Part shown: one piece after another, positions 1-9,300 of the stretch
How positions within the stretch are numbered: the first letter of the stretch is position 1
Layout: every line of letters begins with the position of its first letter
Assembly: GCA_038248345.1 (NCBI GenBank)
Contig: JBBRXO010000031.1
Span: forward strand, 1-24,997
DNA length: 24,997 nt
Source: Armatimonadota bacterium
Lineage (GTDB): Bacteria; Armatimonadota; Hebobacteria; CAIYQO01
Direction of reading: 5' to 3'
Program-made: the position numbers and the translations under genes
Notes under the pieces: generated by a model
What the model saw: only the letters and a program-made list of their open reading frames with translations
The model's database searches: none
Told to the model about the DNA's origin: nothing

Positions 1-489
1 GTGGTCACCCTGCAGACGACCCCCGCTCCCTATAATCCCACTGGTTTTTCTTTATCAGCCACTGGCTGGGCAAGGCAAGCCGACATGAGGTTACCTAAGG
101 TGGATATGTCGCAAGTAGGTTTGCCAGCAGACACCTTCGCTGCGACTGATAACACTACTCCTGTTGTTGTCACTTTAAATATGGATATCCCAAACGGCCA
201 AAGTGCTACATTACATATCGCATGGGGTTATCATTGTAATAACACCCAGGCCGGAGGAGATCTCACTGTTGTTGACAATACCAATGGTGTAACATTCAAC
301 TCGTTGAACGCTGCTGTTCCCAATGATTTCAAGCAGAAGGTTGGATATAACGAGAACAACATTTCCAATGAAATGACTTTCACCGTAGGCAGTTGCAAGT
401 CAATGACCATCACACTTGCTCCATATAACGACTGGAATCAAACAACGGTGGCAGATATTCAGGCAATATGGTTAGTATCAGTACCATAG
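1..489 (+). CDS. 3' end of a hypothetical protein (partial, runs off window start); beta-rich, Asn/Thr-rich, extracellular-type C-terminal domain
   Basis: Open frame from base 1 to TAG at 487-489, protein-like composition, followed by a terminator-like hairpin. Family not recognised. Confidence 0.7.
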   Translation: MVTLQTTPAPYNPTGFSLSATGWARQADMRLPKVDMSQVGLPADTFAATDNTTPVVVTLNMDIPNGQSATLHIAWGYHCNNTQAGGDLTVVDNTNGVTFNSLNAAVPNDFKQKVGYNENNISNEMTFTVGSCKSMTITLAPYNDWNQTTVADIQAIWLVSVP

Positions 490-526
490 CGCTGATGTTA
501 TCCTGCTAATAGGATATCACTTGATA

Positions 527-570
527 GCGCTGCTCCGGGGGATTCATCTCTCGGAGCAGCGCATTCTTTC
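527..570 (+). terminator. Probable Rho-independent terminator
   Basis: GCGCTGCTCCGGGGGA-ttca-TCTCTCGGAGCAGCGC 16-bp stem (two G.U pairs), followed by ATTCTTTC, just after the stop codon. Confidence 0.7.
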
Positions 571-785
571 TCATGTTATCCTCGAACGGGAAAGTCTCAT
601 TATCCATCATTGGTAAATAGTATCGATTTGTGCGCCCATCTCGTTCGCGCAGTCGTAGATAACTGCGCTAGTGGGCTTCGCCGATCACCCACGCGGAGTT
701 TTTACCTGTAAAATGCTAGCGCCCACACGGATCCTCTGATATATTACGCATAGAGAAAAACATAGAAGGCATTACGATATAAACA

Positions 786-826
786 TGTGATAACCGGCAT
801 TTAGATGGGGTATACTAAACAGATAC
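786..826 (+). promoter_or_regulatory. Degenerate copy of the 3' half of the 74-bp repeated leader element
   Basis: TGATAACCGGCATTTAGATGGGGTATACTAAACAGATAC (788-826) aligns ungapped at 31/39 to consensus TGGTAAACGTCATTTAGACGGGGTTTACCGAATAGATAC. Confidence 0.6.
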
Positions 827-891
827 AGTTATTCAAATATTGCCAATTTCCTTCTAATTCAAAAAAAGATGAAAGATTATTGAGAGAATGC

Positions 892-966
892 TTGACCGGT
901 GAGAAGCTATCACTATGACGACAGTTGGCGGTGAACTCATTCTAATGGGATGGGGTTAACCGAATA
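892..966 (+). promoter_or_regulatory. Second degenerate copy of the leader element / candidate promoter for the 1029 CDS
   Basis: TTGACC at 892, TATGAC at 914, then CGGTGAAC...GTTAACCG inverted repeat ending GGGGTTAACCGAATA (compare GGGGTTTACCGAATA). Needs gaps to align. Confidence 0.4.
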
Positions 967-1028
967 TTTACAATTTAGGAAACAGGTGGCTGTCCCCCTA
1001 TTTTCCTGCTAAAAACGGAGAGCATATT

Positions 1029-4000
1029 ATGCAGCATTTAAAGTTCCTGACCCTGGTTTTCTCTATTTCGCTTACTGTTCTGTTAACTCAACGATCATAT
1101 TCCGCCATACCCGGAGCCGAATTACGCGAATTAACCGGCGCGCAGACCCGTGTCGTCTGGGTGCAGGATGCCGGCGCAACCGCCTGCGTTTATTCTGAGC
1201 GTCCGACGATGCGGCTGATGGGGTTCGACACCGATGACGGCAAGGGCGAACGGCCCATCCTCCCCGAGATCGGTTGGTATGCGAAACCCGTGATCACCGC
1301 CGACGGCGACCGAGTCGTGTTTGCCGATCTGGCGGATTATTCGGTAAATGTGGTGAACTTTGACGGGACCGGTCGGCGGTTGATCGTAAAGAACGAGGAG
1401 TCGTATAAGTATAACGCAAAAGCCTTCACCAATAATGCGGTTTGGACGGACCCCCAAAACGGCATGGTGTGGGTCTATGCCCTCATCATGGAAAAGCGCG
1501 GGGACCAGCAGGTGCCCACGATGCGACGGTATCAGCTCGACCATCCGGAGGTGAACGAACTCGTTTGGGACAAAACACCTGCCTTCATGTTCATGATGAA
1601 CGGGGACGGACGTCTGGCCAGCGGAGGCGTCTCGGACGGAGGGAATACCCCCCAAGGCGTTTTCTCCCTGCCCAACAACTATTTCGCAACACGGGCCGGC
1701 GGATGCTGGCCTTCAATATCCCCCGACAATAGCCTGCTCTCATGGGTGTTCACCGGGAACCACCGCAGCATAAATTTTGGTGTAACGGCAGATCCTCGCA
1801 GCGGCAAGGGCTACACGTATGTAGTCGAGTTCAACAAATCCCCGGGTCTTACGGTGAAAGGACAGCAGGAGATGTATCACCCACGCTGGTCAAACAACGT
1901 CCGCTTCCTCAGCCTGGGCGCCCCGTTCGAGGAATGGAATTATCAGGCTGCGGCAATGATTCCCATGGCGGTGGCGGAGAAGGTGGAACTCTACGTGGGC
2001 AAGTTTAATGAGGACATGAAAGGCATCGAGCGGTGGGTGCAAGTGACCCACAACACTCATGGTGATTATTGGGCGGACACATGGATCAAGCCGGCGGTCT
2101 GGCCGCCTACCTGGCTGAACACTTCAGGGCCGACTGCCACTGAAGTCAACAACACAGCGACGAAAGCGGAGCTCGACCGCACCGCGCAGGTGTTTGTCTG
2201 GACCACTGGGGCAGCGAACAACCAGATCATCGATCCCAAGACGGGAGCGATCCGGCAATGCATGGGCCTGATGCGCGATGCGGCCCGGTATGGGCGTAAT
2301 TATGTGATGGATCTGACTGCGGGGGCGTTTGAGCCGGATGCGACGGCTAAGCCCTGGCTCGATGGCGTCCAGGAAGGCGGAGCATTCGCCATCGAGGCTG
2401 TGCTAACGCCGCTGGCGGATTCGCCATCGGGCGAGGGCGTGGTGCTGGCGTTTGCTGATGATCTGGAGACGGGCAACGTCGTGCTCTCCCAGCGTGGTGA
2501 CATGCTGTCCCTGCGCTTGAAGGGACGAACCGGCGAGCCGCTGCCGCTCGTCCGGTTGCCGCGTGGCCGCGCTAGCCATGTCGTCGTAAGCTATACGCCG
2601 GGAAAACTTGCGGTGTTTGTGAACGGGCAGCGGGTGTTGCTGAAAAATCCGCCCGAGGCGCTTGTTGCCACCTGGACCGCACAGCAGTTGATTTTTGGCA
2701 ATGCCGTCCGCGGCGACCGCAACTGGCCCGGACTGATGGAAGGCATCGGTCTGTTTGGCCGGGAAATCGGTGCGGCGGAGGCACGCCAGCGGTTTGAGGC
2801 ACAGCAGGCGCGCAGCGCCGGACGAAAGCCGACGGTCGATATTGTGATTGTTGAGGCCAAACTCACGGGCGTCTGCGCGGCGGCTGACCCGCAGGGGATC
2901 GCGCCTTACAAGCGTTGCCTCTCGCTGCAGCAATTCGAGGTGGTGAAAATCATCGAGGGCAAGTTGGCCGACAAGGTCATCAGCGTGGCGCAATGGTCCG
3001 TTCTCGGTGGGCGGGTGGTGCCGGAGTATTTGAAATACAAGGCTGGCCAGACCTACCGACTCGCCCTTGAGCATTGGTCGGATCATCCCGAGCAGGAATC
3101 CGAGCGGATGATTTCGGGGGATTTTGAGGAGAAGGAACTCTTCTACCAAGTCCGCGAGCTCGCGGCCCCAGCCCCGGCGGCTATCACCGCGCCAGCGCCA
3201 GCCACGACGTGGAGCCCGGTACCTGGCCAGGCGAACGGGCGCCGTCTGACCGCGCCAGTGCTCATCAGCGGCCAGGACAAACCGACGTTGTTTCCCTCGG
3301 AAATTGGCGCACAGATGGATACAGCGGGTCAGGACATTGTTTTTGAAAACGGCTCGCTGACCGAAGTTGCAAACACCGGCTCACTGCGGCTGGGAGGCTC
3401 GGGCGCGGTGGCGGCGGTGGCTGTCGTGAACGGGGGAGCCCACTTCACCAGCGCCCCGCTGGTGAAGCTGAACGGTGGAGGCGGGCAGGGAGCCGCCGCC
3501 GAGGCGATCATGACTGTCGCCGATATGGACCTTGTCCGACTCGGTTCCGGCTATACCAGTGCGCCCACGGTGACCATCTCCATGCCGGATATCTATGGCG
3601 GACGCCAGGCAACCGCCGTGGCCTACTTTGATAAGGCGAGCGGTGCGCTCACCCAGCTGCGTATCACTGAATCGGGCAACGGCTACCTGCGTGCGCCGCG
3701 CGTCACCTTCGACGGCGGCGGTGGATCCAGCGCGGAGGTGCAGGCGACGCTGGCGGTTGCAGATATATATGTGACGCGCGGCGGCACCGGATATACCACG
3801 CAGCCGGTGGCGGTGCTGACTGGCGATGGCGAAGGGGCGGTGGTGCAGCCTCTACTTCAGCGCACGGTACTACGTTACACGGATCCACAAGGCAAAGCGG
3901 TGCTGAAGAACACCGGCACGATCGACCAGGACGGTGCGGGGATCTCTTTCGACTGGGCGGCGACGCAGAACAACACGGCCAATCGTGTAATTGAAAACGC

Positions 4001-5189
4001 CGGCACATGGGTGATACGCAACGGAGGCTTGATTCAGTTTGGCTCTTCCACCGGCCGGCCGTTCTGGACTGTGCGCGTCGTCAATGCAGGCACGATGCGT
4101 ATGCTCGGCGGCGCACGACTTACCGTGCAAAACCTGCAAAACAGTGGCACGCTTCAGCTTGGCGGCAATTCCGTGATTGGTCACCCCGAGGGGAGCCAGG
4201 GCGATGGCCTGCTGGCCAACACCGGCCAGGTGCTGGTCGTCGGCAACGATACCCAGAATCCTGTGGCGTTTGGACTGGTACATCCCGGCTCCACTGGAAA
4301 GCGCATCGTCGAGAACGGATCGCCTGATGGAGTCGCCAAGGCGCGTTTTACAATCGGCACCGGGCGAGCCAATTCCGTATTCAGGGTCATGGGCGGACAA
4401 ACGGAATTTAACAACCATGCCGGATCGTCGCTGCAGATACTGCCCGGGGCCACCCTGGCGCTGCTTACCAACGATAACGGCTCTAATCACATGTTTAACA
4501 GCCGGGAGGCTGTTGTGAACAACGAGGGCGATCTGCTGCTCGCGGGAACGCTCCAGGTGCAGGGCAATCACGCCGGCGTGACCGGTATCAGCAACAAGGG
4601 GGTACTGACCATCCAGGGAGCCCAGACGGGCATTGATCGCCTGCCCAGCAGCGCCGGCCCCGGGGCTGGTTATTGGGACGTCAATACCTCGCAGTTACTC
4701 AACCTCGAAGGCGGCGCGTTACAGGGAGCCGGCACGTTTACCTACGCCAATCATACCGGCAACTCCGGCGGTTCTTACCTGCGCTTCTTCAATCTGGGCA
4801 GTATTTCTCCCGGCGGCAACCAGCCGGGGAAACTGATATTCGCCAACGTCAACGTCCAGTTTGGCGGGGGCAATACCCAGCCGACCGAGGATATTAAATC
4901 CATGCTGAAAGGACCAGGGCTCCTTCGCATCCTGATCGCTGGCCCCACAAACTATAGCTCCCTGCAATTGACGGGGGAAACCAACAGCGGGCGCTTCGAG
5001 CTGGTCGCCGGCGAGGCTAACACGCTGAACGTGGTGGCGCCCCTGGATGTCATCCTGCACGGCAAATACCAGATCGTCAGTGCCAAGGCGGTCAAAGGCA
5101 CCTTTGCAATCCTGCAGCTCAACGGAAAGACTTCCACTGCCTATACGGTGAACTACCTGGCCGACGGCATCGAAGTGGTGTTCCCGTAA
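1029..5189 (+). CDS. Secreted multidomain protein: signal peptide, TolB-like beta-propeller, LamG/concanavalin-A-like domain, Ala/Pro linker, beta-helix passenger-like region with inserted Gly-rich GxGYTxAPxV repeats
   Basis: 1386 aa ORF, GGAG SD. Hydrophobic N-terminus ending SYS-A. Propeller motifs PVITADGDRVVF, WPSISPDNS, YHPRWSNN. LamG pattern FAIEAVLTP...HVVVSY...VFVNG...WPGLMEGIGLFGREI. Repeated NxGT/NxGx turns in the C-terminal third. Confidence 0.8.
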   Translation: MQHLKFLTLVFSISLTVLLTQRSYSAIPGAELRELTGAQTRVVWVQDAGATACVYSERPTMRLMGFDTDDGKGERPILPEIGWYAKPVITADGDRVVFADLADYSVNVVNFDGTGRRLIVKNEESYKYNAKAFTNNAVWTDPQNGMVWVYALIMEKRGDQQVPTMRRYQLDHPEVNELVWDKTPAFMFMMNGDGRLASGGVSDGGNTPQGVFSLPNNYFATRAGGCWPSISPDNSLLSWVFTGNHRSINFGVTADPRSGKGYTYVVEFNKSPGLTVKGQQEMYHPRWSNNVRFLSLGAPFEEWNYQAAAMIPMAVAEKVELYVGKFNEDMKGIERWVQVTHNTHGDYWADTWIKPAVWPPTWLNTSGPTATEVNNTATKAELDRTAQVFVWTTGAANNQIIDPKTGAIRQCMGLMRDAARYGRNYVMDLTAGAFEPDATAKPWLDGVQEGGAFAIEAVLTPLADSPSGEGVVLAFADDLETGNVVLSQRGDMLSLRLKGRTGEPLPLVRLPRGRASHVVVSYTPGKLAVFVNGQRVLLKNPPEALVATWTAQQLIFGNAVRGDRNWPGLMEGIGLFGREIGAAEARQRFEAQQARSAGRKPTVDIVIVEAKLTGVCAAADPQGIAPYKRCLSLQQFEVVKIIEGKLADKVISVAQWSVLGGRVVPEYLKYKAGQTYRLALEHWSDHPEQESERMISGDFEEKELFYQVRELAAPAPAAITAPAPATTWSPVPGQANGRRLTAPVLISGQDKPTLFPSEIGAQMDTAGQDIVFENGSLTEVANTGSLRLGGSGAVAAVAVVNGGAHFTSAPLVKLNGGGGQGAAAEAIMTVADMDLVRLGSGYTSAPTVTISMPDIYGGRQATAVAYFDKASGALTQLRITESGNGYLRAPRVTFDGGGGSSAEVQATLAVADIYVTRGGTGYTTQPVAVLTGDGEGAVVQPLLQRTVLRYTDPQGKAVLKNTGTIDQDGAGISFDWAATQNNTANRVIENAGTWVIRNGGLIQFGSSTGRPFWTVRVVNAGTMRMLGGARLTVQNLQNSGTLQLGGNSVIGHPEGSQGDGLLANTGQVLVVGNDTQNPVAFGLVHPGSTGKRIVENGSPDGVAKARFTIGTGRANSVFRVMGGQTEFNNHAGSSLQILPGATLALLTNDNGSNHMFNSREAVVNNEGDLLLAGTLQVQGNHAGVTGISNKGVLTIQGAQTGIDRLPSSAGPGAGYWDVNTSQLLNLEGGALQGAGTFTYANHTGNSGGSYLRFFNLGSISPGGNQPGKLIFANVNVQFGGGNTQPTEDIKSMLKGPGLLRILIAGPTNYSSLQLTGETNSGRFELVAGEANTLNVVAPLDVILHGKYQIVSAKAVKGTFAILQLNGKTSTAYTVNYLADGIEVVFP

Positions 5190-5294
5190 TCTAAGGCTTA
5201 TTTTATAGATATACAGGGACTGGTTATACATTAAATGTGAACCTCTTGTAATTTAGCGGTTCTTAGAAGACAAAAAATATTACTTATCTTCCCC

Positions 5295-5497
5295 TGGTCG
5301 GGGGAGGGCCTGCTCGACGCCACCATCACCTTCCAGTCCGGCATCCTTCTGCGCGCCAATGAGACATGGGATGCCTACTACCAGGTGCGCCTGGAGCCGG
5401 GCAACGGGCGAATGGTAATCGACCTTGGCCGCGCCCCGGTGACCAACCCTTCATGGTGGAGCGCCCGCTGACCATGTCTCCCGGCACGCCGGTGCAC
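5295..5497 (+). pseudogene. Frameshifted fragment resembling a GH32-type (beta-fructosidase/DUF4975) C-terminal beta-sandwich
   Basis: Hand translation: WSGEGLLDATITFQSGILLRANETWDAYYQVRLEPGNGRMVID, 1-nt frameshift near 5424, then WPRPGDQPFMVERPLTMSPGTPVH. No start or end. Family recognised from memory of the motif. Confidence 0.55.
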
Positions 5498-6116
5498 TCG
5501 CATCTTCGGTAGAAGCTCCACTGCGCGCCTCTGCTTGTTTTGCCACATCAACTAGTGCTTCTTGATCTGGTGTAAATCTACCGCAATTATTATGCACCAA
5601 CACCCAGAAACCACCGCCGCCACCCGGCGCGGCTACATAATAGTTATGCGCTCCCGGCACCTGGAAGTTGTAGACATCGAACTGGCCTTGCCGATGGCTA
5701 CTCGACTTCACCGTGGCTACGCCGCCGTCGGTGGTCTGCAACACCGTGCCGGGGGTCAGCTGCCCCATCCCCACATATTCTTTGAGCGCGGGCACGTAGA
5801 AAGGGTGCTCCGGCGTGCCGGATATCACCCGCTCCGCGCCGTCCGCGCTGGCCACCGTCAGGTCTACCAGCTCCAGTGCCTGGCGGATATACGTCTCCGC
5901 CACCTGCGCCGCTACGATGCCGTTGGCTACCAGCTCAATTATACCATCATTTTTCCCCGCGCGGACGTCGTAGATTTTGCCGTGGGCGTAGATGCGCTGG
6001 CCGGGTTTGGTGTCGCGGAGCAGTGTTCCCGCCCCGACGCTCATGTCGGCGTTGACAATATTGACCTCATCCCCCGGATAGAGGTGGGCGACGGTTACGG
6101 TGCCAGCTGAGTGCAT
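5451..6116 (-). pseudogene. Pretoxin HINT (bacterial intein-like) domain fragment with truncated polymorphic-toxin tip
   Basis: Block B ISGTPEHPFYV, block F VYNFQVPGAHNYYV, block G VLVHN-NC. No N-terminal Cys1. The stub GRFTPDQEALVDVAKQAE after HN runs into the antisense of the GH32 fragment near 5498. Confidence 0.8.
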
Positions 6117-6219
6117 CTATTCTAGCGCCTCCGGGTGATTGTTTTAACCAGCTTCACCGTCGTGGCTTTCTGTGTGACGGCCTGAATTTCCACCCCCGGA
6201 GACGCTGCTGCATCGCTTT

Positions 6220-6293
6220 ATTGACTGACTGAAGAGAGGGGGCTATTATGACTGTGGTAAACGTCATTTAGGCAGGGTTTACCGAATAGATAC
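6220..6293 (+). promoter_or_regulatory. 74-bp repeated leader element copy 1: sigma70 promoter plus inverted repeat
   Basis: TTGACT (6221-6226), 17 bp, TATTAT (6244-6249); GGTAAAC (6256-6262), 14 bp, GTTTACC (6277-6283). Ends 24 bp before the ATG at 6318. Confidence 0.85.
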
Positions 6294-6317
6294 GAATCCA
6301 CAAACGGGAGAAAGTAT

Positions 6318-9300
6318 ATGTTGAAAACGTGCGCAATTGCTATCTCAGGAATCTCACGATGGTTCTTTGTCCTCTGTGCTCTGCTTTTTGCTATGAGCCA
6401 GGTTTTTGCGGCTATTCCAGGCGGGGGCAACTGGGCGGGGTGGCGCGGCGATGGCTCCGGCGTGAGCCTGGAGGCGAAATTACCGCTTTCCTGGAGTACG
6501 ACGACCAACGTCCTCTGGCGCACACCGTTGCCCGGCGAAGGCAGTTCTTCTCCTATTATCTGGGGTGAGCAAGCGTTTGTCATTGCATCTTCCGCCGGAG
6601 GAACAAAGCGCCTGATACTAAGTCTGAATATTAAAGACGGCACTATTCGCTGGCAGCGGGAACTGGCGGCCACAAAAGCTCCCCAGACAGACGACAAATC
6701 CGGCTACGCGCCTGCTACGCCGGTGACAGATGGACAGCGTGTATATGCCTTTTTCGACTCACCTGGCCTGGTAGCGCTGGATATGGAAGGGAATGTACTT
6801 TGGACGCTTCCACTTGGGCCATTTAAAACCCCGTATAACATTACGAACTCTCCCATCCTCTATAAAGATACCGTTATCATGGTCTGTGACCATAATGGCG
6901 ATTCCTTTATCATAGCCGTGGATAAGATAACTGGTGTAGAGCGGTGGAGAACTCCACGCAAGCAGGGAGGCCATTTCGCAACACCACTCCTCATAAATTC
7001 GCAAGGGAAATCGCAGATTATCGTCGACGCGAATACGGTTAAGTCATATGATGCTGATACCGGGAAAGAGCTTTGGTCCTGCGCCGGTTTGGCCTCATCT
7101 GTGTCGCCAAGTCCCATATTTGATCATGGCCTGGTCTTCGCCACTTCCGGGCGCAATGGGCCGACGATGGCAATTGATCCTGGCGGGAGTGGCGATGTTA
7201 AAGAGACCCATTTGCGCATGCAATTAACTACCGGCGGCCCTTATGTTATATCACCACTGGCCTGCCCCACTTTCATGATACCAGGCGATGATGGGAATAT
7301 CCGTTTCGTCGATGACAGCGGAAAAATCGTCTATAATCTCCTATTGCGCTCCCATTTCACTGCTTCTCCCGTACTTGGGGGGGCATATGTTTATTGGGTC
7401 GCGGAGAACGGTGACACTTTCATTATCGACATTCATGCACTTACCAGCGCCACACCGGTTGCAACTATAATCGGCAAAAATAGCCTCGGGGAGCAGTGTC
7501 TGGCCTCCCCAGCAATTGCTAGCGGATGTTTCTTCATTCGCACCGTGAAGTCCTTGTATTGTCTTGCTGGCGATGGGCCGACCACAGCGTCACCCACGCG
7601 GACTATAACTGAGACTTTCGCTGAATTGAAAAAACGCTTCGATGAACACGCTGAAGCAAATGGCCCTGACATACCTATCAGGTTATCCATCATCGAAGAC
7701 CTGGGGGTGCTGCAGGATCCACAGGCTATCCCCTTCCTGAAGAAAGTCGCGTTAGAAGACCCACACTGGGATGTGAGCGAAGCGGCCATCAAAGTGCTGG
7801 CGCAATATAATAACGACGCGGCAATCCCGGAATTACTCGCCATGTTCGTTGACTGGCGCCCCTATCTGAAGGTGCCAGCGGCGCAAGCTCTCGGGCGTCT
7901 ACGCGCAGTAGGCGCGTTGCCAACGCTGCTAAAAGGGATGAAAGACGGTGACGCACAGGTGCGCATCGCTTGTACGGAAGCAGTGGCGCAGATAACGCTG
8001 GTGGACACGGTCGATAGCGCTACAACTCTTCCCGCTTTGCTGGACAGACTGGGCGATAATGATGGTGCTGTGCGTGCTGCAGGAGCGCAGAGCCTGGGAA
8101 TATTAAGTAAGAAAGCTGGTATTGATAGGAACCTGATCACCATTGCTCTGGTGAAAGCGGCAACGAGCATAAATCCGATAGTGGTAACTGCAGCGAATGA
8201 TTCATTGAAGTTATTAAATTTTACACCAGAAAGAATTGAAGAAATGATTAATAACCTGACGCTCTACGGTGATGCTATGCGAACCACTACTGTGCGCGAT
8301 CTTACCGCTGGCCCGATTCGGATGAAATACCAGGATGGCGAGTTGCGCTACTTATACGTGGGTGATAAGGAGATCATTCGGCGCGTATATTTCGCGGTTC
8401 GTGATATGCAATATGATACCATCATGCCGCATTTCACACAGAGTACCATCACCCAGGAGAAAGACAGCTTTACCATTCAACTGGAGGCCATCTGTAAAAG
8501 TAAAACGGCGGATTACCGTTGGATGGGCGAGATTATCGGCACGGCAGACGGAAAAATCACCTTCAAAGTACTGGGAAAACCCAATAGTGTCTTCGCATCT
8601 CCACGTATCGGTATTTGTGTGTTGTTTGGTACGCCTTCGTTGGCTGGGCAAGATTATACGGTAATTGGCAACGATAGTAAGAAGATCACGGGCGCCTTCC
8701 CTAAAGATGTTGTTCCCGGAGTTTTTATTTCGAATTTTTCCACGATTAGTTACTCCACCCCGGATGGAATTGAAGTGAACTGCGGAATAACAGGCCACGG
8801 ATTCAACATGGAGGATCAGCGAAATTTCGGTGACTCTTCCTACAAAGCGTATCAAACACTGGCGTACAAGTTTTATACTGATTTAACAGTAGGGGATGAA
8901 CAAGGTGACATGCTCACTGTTTCGGTACGAAATGCTGCCGCAAAGCCCTATATAGAAATTCCCATTCACATCACTGTGGGAGAGCAACTGGAAACATTGA
9001 AACTGCCGAAAATATCATCGACCACCAAACCTGATACTTCGGATTCTTTCGTTACAATCAACAATAGCAGGGATAAATTTAAAGATGTGAAAAGCATTGC
9101 CTGGGGATTAAATCCGGCAGCTCACATGCCGGATGAAGATACCTTCATGGAAAATATTCCCAGTATTATCGATCAGGTACGCACAGCGCGAACCTTCCTC
9201 CCAACTGGGACTCCCATCCATATTGATCCAGTAAATTTTGACTCCCCATATCTTCGCTTGAGTCGTGATTCACGCAACCAGGGACTTTTCGGCGCGGCCT

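Noticed and set aside
5562..6110. 182-aa + strand ORF
   Set aside because: It is the antisense shadow of the Hint domain, with Arg/His-rich non-protein-like composition.
5451..6116. Functional protein-splicing intein
   Set aside because: There is no N-terminal Cys/Ser1 in block A context, no host extein and no homing endonuclease. The motifs fit the pretoxin HINT type.
6318..7570. bamB or a true PQQ dehydrogenase
   Set aside because: There is no lipobox or bam gene context. It fits the expanded PQQ_2 propeller family of unknown function.
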